64,000 bases of DNA from Pelagomonas calceolata (GCA_918797485.1 CAKKNE010000003.1:4960001-5024000), one strand, 5' to 3'. Positions 49,265-60,821 are shown, counted from the stretch's first letter. The notes: generated by a model not told the origin, from the sequence alone. A program made the numbers and translations.

Positions 49265-51031
49265 TTAGCATTGTGCCAGTCCATCGGCACCAAAGACCCA
49301 CTCCCACGAGAATCGGAGGTAATCCGTGGACCATGGAAGTTGACCCTGAAATTTCTGACGAAGAATAGCCTTATTTGCTGCAATGTCGTGACTCGAGTGG
49401 ACTCGCTCGAGGTGGATGAGCGGCGGTGCGGGCTCCAATGCCATGGCGTCCGTGAAATTCGCGACGTGTTTCATGATTGGTCTCTCCGAAGATATGCGCT
49501 GGCAATCCGGCGTCTGCCTGAGTCGAGCAGCGAAATGTACGTCCGTAAACCCGTAGTTTCCGACAAAGTCCTCGTCGCAGCCTCCCACTCTCCAGTAACT
49601 CGAGCGGGATGTCAGCATCGTGGCTGGGTGCACTCGGTGCTGTCGGCCATTCGGAAACTTGCGCGGAAAATCAAGAAAAATGTCGCAACGAGCGAGAGCG
49701 TACTTCGAGTGCCGCAGGCTCCATTCGAGCAACGACTGCGTGACAAGCTGGTCGGCGTCCACGAGAAGCACGAGTTCGGTGGGCGCAAGGGCAAATGCGA
49801 GGTTCCGGGCGCCGCCGATGTTCCACCTGATGTCCTCGCCCACTCGGACGACGGCGGCGCGCACGTCGCAAGCTCGCATTTTTTCAAGCACGGCGCGCGC
49901 GGAATGGTCCATCGGGGAGCCATCGTCAACAACTAAAATGGATATCCGCTTGAGCAAGTCCCTGGGCAGGGTGATCCAGTGCTTCACGTGCCGTTCCAAA
50001 TACTCCGTGTCGCGATAATAGAGATAGGCCACTGTGAGATCGGCCGCGTGATTAGGCAAGCGCTGGACGTGTTGAAAGCGGGACGGACACGAGGGATTTG
50101 CGCTCAGTTGAGGCAATAAGGAATTGCTCTTGTCCACGACGACAGCGCCGCACGGCGGCGAACCACTCGCTGAAGAGGACTGCACGGGTGTTCCCGGCTT
50201 GAATACGTACCACGACGGGTTGTAGGTATTCGTGATCACGAGGTCGTAGTCCATGCCGTCCTGCGCGAGCGACGTCCGCGTGAAATTCTCGATCGTGTGG
50301 TAGACCTCGAGCTCGGGGTGCCGCGCAAGCCACTCCTGCACGGCCCTCACGACGCCCCACTGGTTCGCCACGCGCCGGTCACCCTTGCCGTGTCGAACGC
50401 CGTACTCGGTGTATTTCACGCACGCCGGCACGTCCGCGCAGCCCCGGCACGCCAACGGCCTTTCGTCGTACTTGCAATAGTCGTGGCCCGCGAGCATGCC
50501 GCCCGGCCGCAACATTCGATAATACGGCTCGAGCTCCCGGGCTACGTTCGCGTAGTCGTGCGCACCGTCCAGGTAGACAAAGTCAACGGACTCCGGGGCG
50601 ACGGCGTCGAGGACGGCCTTGTCGAGCGAGAACGCCTTGAAGAAGCGTAATGTTGACGTGGTGCCAATGCCCCGCGATGCCCAGGACGTGGGCATCTCTT
50701 CGAGCTGGCGCCGCGGCGCGCGGCGCCCGCTCGCCGACGGCGGATAGCGGGCCTGAAGCATTTTGTTCGGGAACGGTTCGACCATGTACCACGTTTTGGG
50801 CTGGGCGTCGATCAGAAAATGTTCCGAGAATCGGCCGTCGGCCACGCCCACTTCCATGGCAACGTCGTAGGGTCCGTCGCGCACCAGTCGGCTGAAGTAC
50901 GCGCGGGAGGGGTGCGCGCGCAGAAAGGCGAGCATCTGGTCCTTCGTCTCGAGCCTGGCGGCGCACGTCCCGATCCCGAAGCCCAGCAGTCGTAGCATCA
51001 GCATCGCTATTATGCTCATGGCACGTAACAT
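49265..51031 (-). CDS. Secretory-pathway fusion of a class I SAM methyltransferase (Methyltransf_24-like) and a GT2/GT7-like glycosyltransferase
   Basis: EVGVADG, DFVYLDGAHDY and GGMLAGHDY, then VVDDGS, WNIGGARN, LVDAD and GGCDEDF.GNYG..D. Hydrophobic N-terminus, no introns. Confidence 0.8.
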   Translation of the reverse strand: MLRAMSIIAMLMLRLLGFGIGTCAARLETKDQMLAFLRAHPSRAYFSRLVRDGPYDVAMEVGVADGRFSEHFLIDAQPKTWYMVEPFPNKMLQARYPPSASGRRAPRRQLEEMPTSWASRGIGTTSTLRFFKAFSLDKAVLDAVAPESVDFVYLDGAHDYANVARELEPYYRMLRPGGMLAGHDYCKYDERPLACRGCADVPACVKYTEYGVRHGKGDRRVANQWGVVRAVQEWLARHPELEVYHTIENFTRTSLAQDGMDYDLVITNTYNPSWYVFKPGTPVQSSSASGSPPCGAVVVDKSNSLLPQLSANPSCPSRFQHVQRLPNHAADLTVAYLYYRDTEYLERHVKHWITLPRDLLKRISILVVDDGSPMDHSARAVLEKMRACDVRAAVVRVGEDIRWNIGGARNLAFALAPTELVLLVDADQLVTQSLLEWSLRHSKYALARCDIFLDFPRKFPNGRQHRVHPATMLTSRSSYWRVGGCDEDFVGNYGFTDVHFAARLRQTPDCQRISSERPIMKHVANFTDAMALEPAPPLIHLERVHSSHDIAANKAILRQKFQGQLPWSTDYLRFSWEWVFGADGLAQC

Positions 51032-51289
51032 CGGTATTGTTCGCGAAATTTTTCGCCGCGAGCTAAAAAAGTATCTCAAGGCTCCTTAAAAATTTGGGAG
51101 ACGCATCTTTTGGGTGGTGTTTAGGCCCAAAGTTTAGCAGCTCCATCAATCTCTCTTAAATTAACTATGATGGTGAAGCGAAGGGTTGGGTCGATGTGTG
51201 TTTCTTCGCCCTGGCCACGGCGTCGCCGCTGGACGGGTCACACGGTGCTATCACCGTCACCGTGACGGTGACCGTGACGTCTTCGTTGA

Positions 51290-51382
51290 CGTCACACCTA
51301 GTGGCTCGCTACAAGATACCTTTTTATACTTGCTCGTGTCCGATAGCGCTCCGATTGTGAGAGCGCAGGACAAAGGAGCAAG
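51290..51382. repeat. 93-bp dispersed repeat, copy 2
   Basis: Near-identical to 34365-34457. Confidence 0.9.
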
Positions 51383-53202
51383 AATTTTGGCCCTCCCACC
51401 CTCCTCAGGCTGAGGTGAAAACTCCCCTGGATATATATCTGCAACGCCATAGCCCCCTATCGCCGGATCTATGGCTACATTACTCTCGCCTATCAGCACG
51501 CTATATCAACCGGCACGTGCCCGGGGCTGATATTTCCCTATATCCCGTATCTTCTTACTTATCCAAGTGGATCAAGCCCGGCGCTAAGTAGGCGCCGTAA
51601 AAACACCGGGGTGAACCTAAAGTAAGTTCACTTCACTGGGGGGAACAGCGGGAAACGACCCTACAAAGCCCAAGTGAGGCTAACCCCATAGGCCCCAGCC
51701 CCGCGCGGGTATGCCCCTGGACACGGTCGAGCCCATAATACTCACAATTACAACTGAAGATAAGAATCGCCCGAAGGACGAAATTGTACTCCAATATAAC
51801 CCGGATGGCGAGGAAAAACTAGAAAAATTAACTGAGAATCATGACAAGCACGATTATGTCACTGTCGATGTACCTGGCATAGAAGAAATGACCATGAGGG
51901 TCCAAACGGGATCTTGCAGCATGTGGAAAGCAGAATGGCTTCAAATTGTACCAATATAATACTCATGCGGGTCTCGGGGTGTACTTTTCTGCTTTTTTTG
52001 TTAAAGTTTGACTCGAAAACGGTGATGAGAAAGCCTTGCGACATTGTCGCCCCTGCCTGTCACGTGCGAGTACTTCAAGTTCTGGTGTACTCGTCCCACA
52101 CGTCGCGGGCACCCTCTGGTTTTACTTATCGTATAAATAAATAAATCAAGGACCCGTAATGGCCCCGGGCCATCCCTTTTTGGCGGCGGCGCCGGGGCCC
52201 GGGCCCTGCTAGGTTTCCGCGTGCCCGGGTGGTTTCGCCCTGTGGGCGACAACTGAGCAAAGAATAAATTCCCGACTATTAGTCTGTTGAGGTTCCACTA
52301 GGCCCTAGAGGGTAAGCTGAATATATTCATACTCTGGAGCCAGTAGAGAGCTTACGCTAGCGCTTTTACTGGAATTGGCACTACATCTGCCGCGCGGGGG
52401 GGGCAGCGGAAGGCTGGGCCGCTCGTCGTTGGCGAGCTCCATTTCGCTCGACTAGCCTGCGCGCCGAAGAGCCGGCCGCAAACGATGCGGCGGGCCCCAA
52501 GAACGGCCAGGCTGGGAAAGTTGTGCCTGGCGGGCATTGGGCCGCTTCGGGCGCGCCGATTTCCGCGACCAACCCCCGCGCGCGCACGCCGTGGTGGCTG
52601 GGAGGGTCCCTGCCAAATCTCGCGACCCACGGCGCGATTTTTGCCCGAAACCGCGTCCCGGCGAGAAACGCGGACCACACATAGACCGACATCTCACGAG
52701 CCGCTGCTGCCGAACTTCGTCTCAGATCGTCGTCGGCCACGTGGTGAATGATGTCCGACGCTGCGGTGGCCCGATCGGCTCGAAACGGCGCCAAAAAAGA
52801 CGATCGTAGGTCATTTTGCATGGTTTTGGCCGTTTTCTCGGCGAGAAAGGCCGCGTTTGCTGCCGCGTTTTTTGCAATGCGTCGTCCGACTGCCGGGGCC
52901 CAGCCGGGGCTGCCCCTCGGCGCTTGGCACTCGAGTGCCAATCTGAGTGAAAGCTTGGCACTCGAGTGCCAGCCTGTAAGTCGTAGTGCCAGTAAAACGG
53001 CTAGCGTAAGCTCTCTAGTACCGTGGTAGTACACTGGTACAGGGCTCGTAGCCAGTGTTGACATCATCACCCTTGGGATAGAAGTTTTTTTGGTATCCGC
53101 TCGCGTATTCTTCTGGGCTTGAGTCGCTAGAAGCTGTGCCGCAAAGACCTGTGACAGCTGCGCCAGCGCGCTGCCTTGCGTTTGGCGCATTCACGTATAC
53201 AC

Positions 53203-53487
53203 ATGAGCGTCGTCAGCGATCCCGGACGCGACGGGCGCCTCACGTGGTCCAAGTACGCGGAGCACGAAGCACGTAAGGAGCTCAGCGCGATCGCGATTCG
53301 AAAATGCGACGCGCACCTCGCCGCGTTCTCCCGGTGCGCCCGCGAACAGAACCTCTTGGTCGTTTTCAACTGCCGCGCGGAGAACCGGCGGATGAACGAC
53401 TGCCTCCACCGCTACACGAACGAGACGGCCTTCGAGGAGTACAAGCTCCGGCGCGGCAAGGAACTGGCAGGCCGCGAGCGACCTTGA
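53203..53487 (+). CDS. CMC1: Cmc1-like twin CX9C mitochondrial protein
   Basis: CDAHLAAFSRC and CRAENRRMNDC twin CX9C motifs. Confidence 0.8.
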   Translation: MSVVSDPGRDGRLTWSKYAEHEARKELSAIAIRKCDAHLAAFSRCAREQNLLVVFNCRAENRRMNDCLHRYTNETAFEEYKLRRGKELAGRERP

Positions 53488-53726
53488 CGCGCACCGTGGA
53501 CCCGCGAGACGCCAGCACTTGCTACGGGGCCTCCTCACGGTGGCGGTCAGGCACTTGCGCTGGTTGCGAGAGTGCGGAAAAGCCGGAGTCTGTTGGGTGT
53601 CGTCCGCTAGCCTCACAACTCGCCCTTCCCGGGCCGTGTTATAATTGTGTAGCTTCTAATGTTACAAGTCTGTATTACGGGTGGCGCGTTACGTGAGACG
53701 CGTCGAAGCCCGCCCAACGTCGGCAC

Positions 53727-54059
53727 TCACCACGGCTTGATGCCCATGAGCTTGTAGCTCGTCTGGCCGTAGCAGTAAAGGAAGCCGGCGAGCGCCCCAA
53801 GCATGCCCGTCGTCCCGGCCGTAGGCCCGCGTATCGCGCCGCCGAAACGCCACCCGCCGAGCGCGTTGACGACGAAGAAGGTCCCGATCGTGGCGTAGTC
53901 CGACGGCCCGAAGTTGAGCACGACCGTCTCGAGCTCCGGCGACGGGTCGACGTGCGTTTTGAACTCGACAGGGCCAGGCGCCGAAGCCCGCACGGCCCCG
54001 CCGTCCACGAGCGCCGGAGCAGCGCCTACCGTCCCCTTTTCAAAGGCGTGGTCGCCCAT
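53727..54059 (-). CDS. Complex I accessory subunit (NUXM/MNLL, 20.9-kDa family)
   Basis: VDPSP...VVLNF..SDY, two TM helices and GFLYCY..TS.KLMG. Confidence 0.75.
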   Translation of the reverse strand: MGDHAFEKGTVGAAPALVDGGAVRASAPGPVEFKTHVDPSPELETVVLNFGPSDYATIGTFFVVNALGGWRFGGAIRGPTAGTTGMLGALAGFLYCYGQTSYKLMGIKPW

Positions 54060-54619
54060 GGAGCCGATCGACACCGCCGCCCCGCGTTCGCCTCTAGAGC
54101 TGTGCGGCACCGCTCAAAAAACTGCAGCGTATCCGTAGACCAGTTTATGAAGGGACCACGTAATTATCTGCACGATAAGCGTCTAGCCGCACCTGCAAGT
54201 GATGCATGCAAAATTAATTAATTGCGACGTAGAAACCCGCGAGCTCTGGGGGTGACGTCCTAGGCCTACATTGGGTCCTAGCCCGACGGATGGGTCCCGG
54301 AGGAGCGGAAGCGACTAGGGGGTCGCGCGCCGTGTAAAACCCGAACCTGGAGGCGTCGGCCAAGCTTGCTCGGCCAGGGGTCAATGCCAGTGATTTATCT
54401 TTAGCCTTATTTTACTCTCAGGCTGCAGCCAAATGTGCTCGTCAGGTAAGCCCAAACAGCGTCTCCTCGTCGCGCGTTTCGCCCACTACTAAGCTCACGA
54501 CGCGCAACGACGCTAAAAGCCTTGGCGGGGCAATGCACGAGGCCGGCGCGAGGAAGAAGCGCACAGCGGAGTAAAATTTTCGGTGCTGCTCAGCGGCGGC
54601 GCTATTCCAAGTAAATTTA

Positions 54620-54796
54620 AATAAATAAATGAATGAATTATTAAGGAAGAATCTTGGACCTCAGGCTAAAACTTGAAATAGAAACAAGCTCCTAAGAGCC
54701 TTCTCCCTGCTCAGTCAGGATACCCAACCGGAGCTTCAAGTTCGAAATAGCAATAAGATAACGGCACAACGGGTTTTCAATCTCCCGGGGTAACTT
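54620..54796 (-). mobile_element. 5'-truncated 3' end of the same non-LTR retrotransposon
   Basis: The reverse complement of 54683-54796 aligns to 26644-26753 and is followed by a degenerate TTTA tail. Confidence 0.85.
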
Positions 54797-54893
54797 TTGA
54801 ACTTGAAATTGCCCCCTAGAATTGTCCCCCATGACCAACATTCCAATAACCTGAAATTTTACACTGGACGAAACACGTAAAAAAATTGTGCCT

Positions 54894-57041
54894 TCAAGGC
54901 CCACCGCGCCGTTTTTCGGCCATGACCTCGGCGAAGCTCTTAATGCCGAAGTCGTCGACGGGCGCGTCGACCTGGGGACGCTTCTTCGCGACCTTCCGGA
55001 CCTTCGTGCCCTTATTTCTCGGCGCCCCCACGTCGATCTCGATCGCGATCGCGCCCTCGTCCGGCAAACCGGTCGCCGCGTCGAGGCCCAGCGTCGAGAA
55101 CGCGACTTTTCCGTCGTCCTTGATCTGCAATACGCGGACAAAGATCCGATCGCCCTTGGCCGGGACGCGTCGCGCGCCCGTCGCGTCCGTACCGCACTTG
55201 GACCGGTGCAGTAGGCCCTCGCCGCCGCGGTCGAGCGACACAAAAGCGCCGTACGGGGCCACCTTCGAGCAGGCTCCTGCGTAAATGCCGCCCTCCTCCA
55301 CGTGGGGGGCGTCGTCTCCCGCAGTGGCACCGGCGTCCGTGCGCTCTGCTCCAGCGCCCGCTTGGGACGCCGGATGTTGGTCGTTGCGCGAATCCGCGAC
55401 TGCGGGGGCGCTGGGGACCCCCGCTCGTTCGCTCAACGGAGGCCGGGTGCGAACGTCGCGGGTGGTGCAGGACCATTTTTTGGCGCCCTTGTTGTCCATG
55501 ACCCGTACGCGGACGCGGTCGCCCGGTCGAGCGGTTTGATCCTGCTGCGACGTCGGCAGCAGACCGTCGGAGAAGTCTCCCGGCACGCGGACGAACGCGC
55601 CGCACGCCCGGACGCGGTCGACTACGCCGTCGATCAGGGTCCCGGGCGGCGGGCAGCGCGGCGGCGGGCGAGGCGGGGCCGCCGCGCGGTCGTCGTCCCG
55701 TCGATCGAAGCTTCGCCCGTCGCGATCGTCGTCGTAGCCGCGCAGCGGTCGCGAGCCATGGTCCAAGTCACGCGACCGACTCCGATCAAAGCCGCGCGAC
55801 GCGCCGCGATCGCGACCGCGGTCGGCGGGCTGGGGAACGCCGTGCATGGTCCCCTCCCAGCGCCATCGGTGCGACGGACAGCCAGCGGGAAAGGAGTATG
55901 CGACGCGCACTCGGACGGGGGTCCCGGCGGGGAGGCGCCGGCGCGCCATGCCGGCTAGGGGTATCAAACCCTCGAGAGAGAGACCCTCCGCGACGACGAT
56001 GGCACCATGCGGCGTGTCGTAACGGTCGATCGTGCCGTCGACGACGTTGCCGACGCGCGGCGGCCGCGCCGCGGTGGCCAAGGCAGGCGGCGACGGTCCG
56101 GTCGGGGCGCGCGCCATCGCGACGCCGTTTCGTCTCGGTCGTGGCGGCGACCGCGATCGCGAGCTTGGACTCGCGCCGCGGCCTCGGTTCGCAAACCCGC
56201 GAGCCCGTCGCCACGGAGGCGGCGAGCGCGGCCGCGAGCTGGGCGAGGCGCTGTGCGAGCCGGGGCGCCGGAACCGGCCCGACCGCCGGCTCGCAGACCG
56301 CGACGACGACCGCGACGAGCGTACGGGGCGCGCCGGAGGCGCCGAGGACCCCGCCGGCGCTGTCGCGGCCGCGCGCCAGCCGCCCGCTGGAGATGCGGCC
56401 GCTGGGTCTGGCGAGGCGGCCATCGGACGCTGCGTCGTCGCCGCCGCATTGGCACGAGCCGTCTCGCTTGCCGGCACCTCGGGCGCGCCTCTTTCTTTCG
56501 CCGTCGAGCCAGCGGCGACATAAAGAGGGACGGCCACGGATGCAGGCGCGTGCACGACGAGCCGTCCGGCGGCCTCGCGGAGCTTCGCGAGCGTTTCCTC
56601 CGGGAGGGCCCGCCGCGCCGCCCAGATCGCGATGAGGCGCGCGACGCCGGCGCCGACGTCGACGAGTCGCGGTGCGTCGCCGGCCTCCTCCTCAACGAAG
56701 CGCGCGAGGTTGCGGACGAGTCGAGCCACGTGCCTCGTGCGCTCGCAGGCGTCGGCGAAGCCCCTTGCCGCGCGCTGCGCGTCCGACGCCGCGGCCGCTT
56801 CTTGGCCCCCCTTCAGCGCGTCATCAATCACGTAAAGCGTCGCGAGGCCGGCCTTGAACCGTTCGACGGCCGGCCCCTCGTCGGCGAACAGACGCGCGGC
56901 GACGTGGTCCAGGAGCGCCTGCAGCGCGCGCTCGGCGAGCTGCGCGTCCGCGCCGTGCGCTCGGATCCACGTGCTGACCGCTTGGACGCGCGCTCGTTTC
57001 GTTGTGAGTGCGGCTACTGCCTTGCTGAGTGAGTCGGCCAT
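54894..57041 (-). CDS. RNA-binding protein with a CID-like N-terminus, RS-rich linker and three S1 domains
   Basis: VQAVSTWI, LYVIDD and LIAIW (CID-like). S1 motifs GAIV...EGLI, GAFVRV...DGLL and YGAFVSL...EGLLHRS. Confidence 0.75.
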   Translation of the reverse strand: MADSLSKAVAALTTKRARVQAVSTWIRAHGADAQLAERALQALLDHVAARLFADEGPAVERFKAGLATLYVIDDALKGGQEAAAASDAQRAARGFADACERTRHVARLVRNLARFVEEEAGDAPRLVDVGAGVARLIAIWAARRALPEETLAKLREAAGRLVVHAPASVAVPLYVAAGSTAKERGAPEVPASETARANAAATTQRPMAASPDPAAASPAGGWRAAATAPAGSSAPPARPVRSSRSSSRSASRRSGRFRRPGSHSASPSSRPRSPPPWRRARGFANRGRGASPSSRSRSPPRPRRNGVAMARAPTGPSPPALATAARPPRVGNVVDGTIDRYDTPHGAIVVAEGLSLEGLIPLAGMARRRLPAGTPVRVRVAYSFPAGCPSHRWRWEGTMHGVPQPADRGRDRGASRGFDRSRSRDLDHGSRPLRGYDDDRDGRSFDRRDDDRAAAPPRPPPRCPPPGTLIDGVVDRVRACGAFVRVPGDFSDGLLPTSQQDQTARPGDRVRVRVMDNKGAKKWSCTTRDVRTRPPLSERAGVPSAPAVADSRNDQHPASQAGAGAERTDAGATAGDDAPHVEEGGIYAGACSKVAPYGAFVSLDRGGEGLLHRSKCGTDATGARRVPAKGDRIFVRVLQIKDDGKVAFSTLGLDAATGLPDEGAIAIEIDVGAPRNKGTKVRKVAKKRPQVDAPVDDFGIKSFAEVMAEKRRGGP

Positions 57042-57307
57042 GCTGTTTTTAGCCTCGTCCGGGCGGTGCTTCGGCCGTACGCCGATTTAAGTTTTGGGCT
57101 GCGCACGCGGCGCCCCGCTCCTGCCTTCCTAAGGCCGCGTTTCGTTTCATTGAGATAACTCATCTGAGGCTCTCGGAGCACTCTATGCAACTCGCGCAGC
57201 CTGCTCACAGCTCGATCGAGCCAACAAGCGCATTTGAATTCAGCTGCGGGAAGGGCTAATTATAAAAAGGGAGCGTTGCGTAACGCCTACTTAGACGCCC
57301 CGATCAC

Positions 57308-60300
57308 ATGGCTCCCCGCGTACTACCACAGAGCGCCGTCCTCATCGTCACGGTGGTCGCCGTCGTCGGGGCCTTCCGCGCGCCGCGATCCGGCCTCGCG
57401 CCGCGGCCGCGGCAGGCACCCGGCCCGCGGCGGCGCGACGCGCGCGCCTTTTCGGCGAGCGAGATCACTCCGGACGCGTTCACGGAAAAGGCGTGGGAGG
57501 CGCTGCAGGGCGCGTCGCAGGCCGCGCAGGCGCGCCGCGGCGGCGTCGTCGAGCCCGAGGACCTGCTGGGCGCGATCCTGCGGCAGGACGGCAACGGGCT
57601 GCTGAACCGCGCGCTGCGGTTGTGCGAGCCGCCGGCGGATCCCAGGGCGCTGGCGCGGCTCGCGCAGGACAAGACGGCGGGCTTCCCGACCGTGTCCGGG
57701 TCGTCGGCCGCGCCGGGCTTCGGCCCGCGGGCGCAGGCGGTCGTCCAGGAGGCCTTGGCGGAGGGTCGCCGGCTCGGCGACCGGTACTGCTCGAACGAGG
57801 TGCTGGGGCTGGCGCTGCACGCGCCGGACGCCTGCGGGCCGCTCTTCGCGGCCGCGGGCGTCGCCGCGCCGGCGACGCTCCGGGCGGCGGTCGACGCGCT
57901 CCGGGGCGACAAGACGGTCGACACGCGGACGCCGGAGGCCACGACGGACGCGCTCGACCAGTACGGTCGCGACCTGACGAAGCTGGCCCGCGCGGGCAAG
58001 CTGGACCCCGTGATCGGGCGCGACGACGAGATCAAGCGGACGATCCAGATCCTGAGCCGCCGGACGAAGAACAACGCCTGCCTCGTCGGCGAGCCCGGCG
58101 TCGGCAAGACCGCCATCGCCGAGGGCCTCGCGCAGCGCGTCGTGAGCGGCGACGTGCCCGAGGCGCTCCAGGGCCGGACGATCGTCTCGCTGGACATGGG
58201 CCTGCTGATCGCCGGCGCCAAGTACCGCGGCGAGTTCGAGGAGCGCCTCAGGGCCGTCATCGAGGAGGTCGAGGCCGCGGAGGGCCGCGTCATCCTGTTC
58301 ATCGACGAGATCCACACGGTCGTCGGGGCCGGCGCCTCGGGCGGGGCCCTGGACGCGTCGAACCTCCTGAAGCCGGCGCTCGCGCGCGGCGAGCTCCGGT
58401 GCGTCGGCGCGACGACGCTGGCCGAGTACAAGCAGCACGTGGAGGCGGACAAGGCGCTCGAGCGGCGGTTCCAGAAGGTGCTGATCCGCGAGCCCGACGT
58501 CGAGGCGACCGTGTCCATCCTGCGGGGCCTCAAGCCCAAGTTCGAGGCGCACCACGGCATCCGCGTGCTGGACAGCGCGCTGGTCGCGGCCGCCCGGCTC
58601 TCGGACCGCTACGTCGCGTCGCGGTTCCTGCCGGACAAGGCCATCGACGTCGTCGACGAGGCGGCGGCCAAGCTGAACAACGAGGTGACGTCGCGGCCGC
58701 CGGCCCTCGACGCGGCCGACCGCCGCGCGATCGAGCTCGAGATGGAGAAGGTGAGCCTGACGTCGTCGCTCGTCGAGACCGCGACGCCGGAGGACAACGA
58801 CGCGCGCGTGGCCGAGATCGACCGCGAGCTCGCGGCGCTCCACGACGAGCGGCGGCGCCTCGAGGACGCCTGGCAGGCCCAGCGCGCCAGCGTCGGCAGC
58901 GTCGGCGAGCTCAAGGAGACCATCGCCGCGAAGCTCAAGGAGGCCGAGGGCCTCGAGGCCGACTTTGACCTCCAGCGCGCGGCGGAGATCCGCTACACGG
59001 AGGTGCCCGCGCTCGAGGGCCGGCTGGCGGCGGCCGAGGCGGCGCTCGAGGGCGGCGCGGCCGAGAGCCTCGTCGCGCGCGACACCGTGACGCCCGACGA
59101 CGTCGCGGCCGTCGTCGCCGCCTGGACGGGCGTCGCGACCGCGCGGCTGGTGGCCACGGAGCGCGACAAGCTGCTTCATCTCGAGGAGACGCTCGCGCGG
59201 CGCGTCGTCGGCCAGCCCGACGCCGTGAACCTCGTCGCCGACGCGGTCCGGCGGTCCAAGGCCGGCCTGGGGGACCCCTCGAAGCCCATCGCCGCGTTCG
59301 CGTTCCTGGGCCCGACGGGCGTGGGCAAGACGGAGCTCGCCAAGGCGCTGGCGCAGGAGGTCTACGACGACGCGGGCGCGCTGCTGCGCTTCGACATGTC
59401 GGAGTACGCGGAGAAGCACACCGTGTCGCGCCTGCTGGGGGCGCCGCCGGGCTACGTCGGCTACGACCAGGGCGGCCAGCTCACCGAGGCCGTGCGGAAC
59501 CGGCCCTACTGCGTGATCCTCTTCGACGAGATGGAGAAGGCGCATCCCGACGTCTTCGACACGTTCCTCCAGCTCCTCGACGACGGCATCCTGACCGACG
59601 GCCAGGGTCAGACGGTCAACTTCCGCGACGCCATCGTCCTCTTCACGTCCAACGTCGGGTCGCAGCTCATCCTCGACTCCGTCGCGGACTTTGCCGTCGT
59701 CGCCGCCCGCGTTCGAGACGCCTTCCTCGCGACACGCCTGCGAGCTCGCGCGCCCTCGCGACCGGCCCGGGAACGAACACGCGACTCGCCGCGAGAGCCG
59801 CCCGCGCAGGTCGACGCCGCCGGCGACGCCGACGGCGCCGCCGAGCTCACGGAGATCAAGCGCAAGGTCCTGGACGCGATGCGCGCCAAGTTCCGGCCCG
59901 AGTTCCTGAATCGGCTCGACGAGATCGTCGTGTTCAACCCGCTGCGCAAGTCGATGCTCGCCGACATCGTCCGGCTCGAGGTCGCCGCCATCGCGCAGCG
60001 CCTCAACGCCACGCACCAGGCGTCGCTGTGGGCGGGCCCCGGCGCGACACTCGACCGCTCGCATCAACCGGAAGGCGGCGAAACATGTGAGCAACACACG
60101 CAGGTCGAACCCGACGCCGTCGAGCAGTTGGCGCTGAGCGGCTTCGACGCCGCCTACGGCGCGCGGCCGCTCAAGCGCCTCGTGACCAAGGCGCTCGAGT
60201 CGCCGCTCTCTCGGGCCATCCTCAATGACGAGCTCCACGCCGGCGACACCGCCGCTTTCGTCGTCGAGCACGAGCGCCTCGCGCTGCAGATTCGACGCGG

Positions 60301-60319
60301 CGACGAGGCCCCCGGCTAG
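57308..60319 (+). CDS. clpB: ClpB/Hsp100 disaggregase, probably plastid-targeted; in-frame introns 59681-59809 and about 60032-60103
   Basis: Signal peptide ending GA-F (ASAFAP-like), [18 protein letters not shown], middle coiled coil, [27 protein letters not shown] and YGARPL. Confidence 0.95.
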   Translation: MAPRVLPQSAVLIVTVVAVVGAFRAPRSGLAPRPRQAPGPRRRDARAFSASEITPDAFTEKAWEALQGASQAAQARRGGVVEPEDLLGAILRQDGNGLLNRALRLCEPPADPRALARLAQDKTAGFPTVSGSSAAPGFGPRAQAVVQEALAEGRRLGDRYCSNEVLGLALHAPDACGPLFAAAGVAAPATLRAAVDALRGDKTVDTRTPEATTDALDQYGRDLTKLARAGKLDPVIGRDDEIKRTIQILSRRTKNNACLVGEPGVGKTAIAEGLAQRVVSGDVPEALQGRTIVSLDMGLLIAGAKYRGEFEERLRAVIEEVEAAEGRVILFIDEIHTVVGAGASGGALDASNLLKPALARGELRCVGATTLAEYKQHVEADKALERRFQKVLIREPDVEATVSILRGLKPKFEAHHGIRVLDSALVAAARLSDRYVASRFLPDKAIDVVDEAAAKLNNEVTSRPPALDAADRRAIELEMEKVSLTSSLVETATPEDNDARVAEIDRELAALHDERRRLEDAWQAQRASVGSVGELKETIAAKLKEAEGLEADFDLQRAAEIRYTEVPALEGRLAAAEAALEGGAAESLVARDTVTPDDVAAVVAAWTGVATARLVATERDKLLHLEETLARRVVGQPDAVNLVADAVRRSKAGLGDPSKPIAAFAFLGPTGVGKTELAKALAQEVYDDAGALLRFDMSEYAEKHTVSRLLGAPPGYVGYDQGGQLTEAVRNRPYCVILFDEMEKAHPDVFDTFLQLLDDGILTDGQGQTVNFRDAIVLFTSNVGSQLILDSVADFAVVAARVRDAFLATRLRARAPSRPARERTRDSPREPPAQVDAAGDADGAAELTEIKRKVLDAMRAKFRPEFLNRLDEIVVFNPLRKSMLADIVRLEVAAIAQRLNATHQASLWAGPGATLDRSHQPEGGETCEQHTQVEPDAVEQLALSGFDAAYGARPLKRLVTKALESPLSRAILNDELHAGDTAAFVVEHERLALQIRRGDEAPG

Positions 60320-60821
60320 GTTCCGGGCCCGGGCTCGAGGGCCTACTAGGTCGCGTTCCGTCACGGAGCCAAGGCGGCACCCGCATGAAGACTAAGACTT
60401 GTAGTAGTAAGTTTGATTCTTGAAATTTGTGAATACTAGTAAATGTTCGAAAGTCTGAACTTCACTTTCAAAACATGTCCGAGTTTTTCAAAAGTTTAAC
60501 TATGCCAGAATAATCAAATCGGCCTCGATTTCTCCTCTAAGTTGCCACTTACCTGGCGGGTGAAGCCCCCGGAAGTCCCCGGAGGTGAAAAATTACCCGT
60601 ATAAAAAACGGGTGAGTGGGGTGTTTCTTACCCGGGGGACTTATAGAGGGGTAGGGGAGGGGCCCCATAGGCCACTGGCGCGAGGCCTACCTAGTTTCTC
60701 CTTCGACGCACTGGGAACCCACCGTGACTCAGGCTGGCTTTTAATTCGACACCGTGACTAGGCAATATGCCAAGACGTCGTCGAAGCTCTACGTCGAAGC
60801 GGCACTAAGCTTTCAGTATAA

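Noticed and set aside
51711..51959. AT-rich 82-aa ORF
   Set aside because: Codon usage is unlike host genes and no motif is recognised. It may be TE debris but I cannot support a call.
52924..52971. CIRCE (HrcA) operator resemblance near clpB
   Set aside because: It lacks the 9-nt spacer, lies over 4 kb from clpB, and HrcA regulation is bacterial.
442..60364. Very long antisense and alternative-frame ORFs (for example 57323-60364, 30622-33228, 46094-48415, 18423-20693)
   Set aside because: They are Arg/Gly/Ala-rich shadows of real genes, expected when stop codons are rare at very high GC. They carry no motifs.
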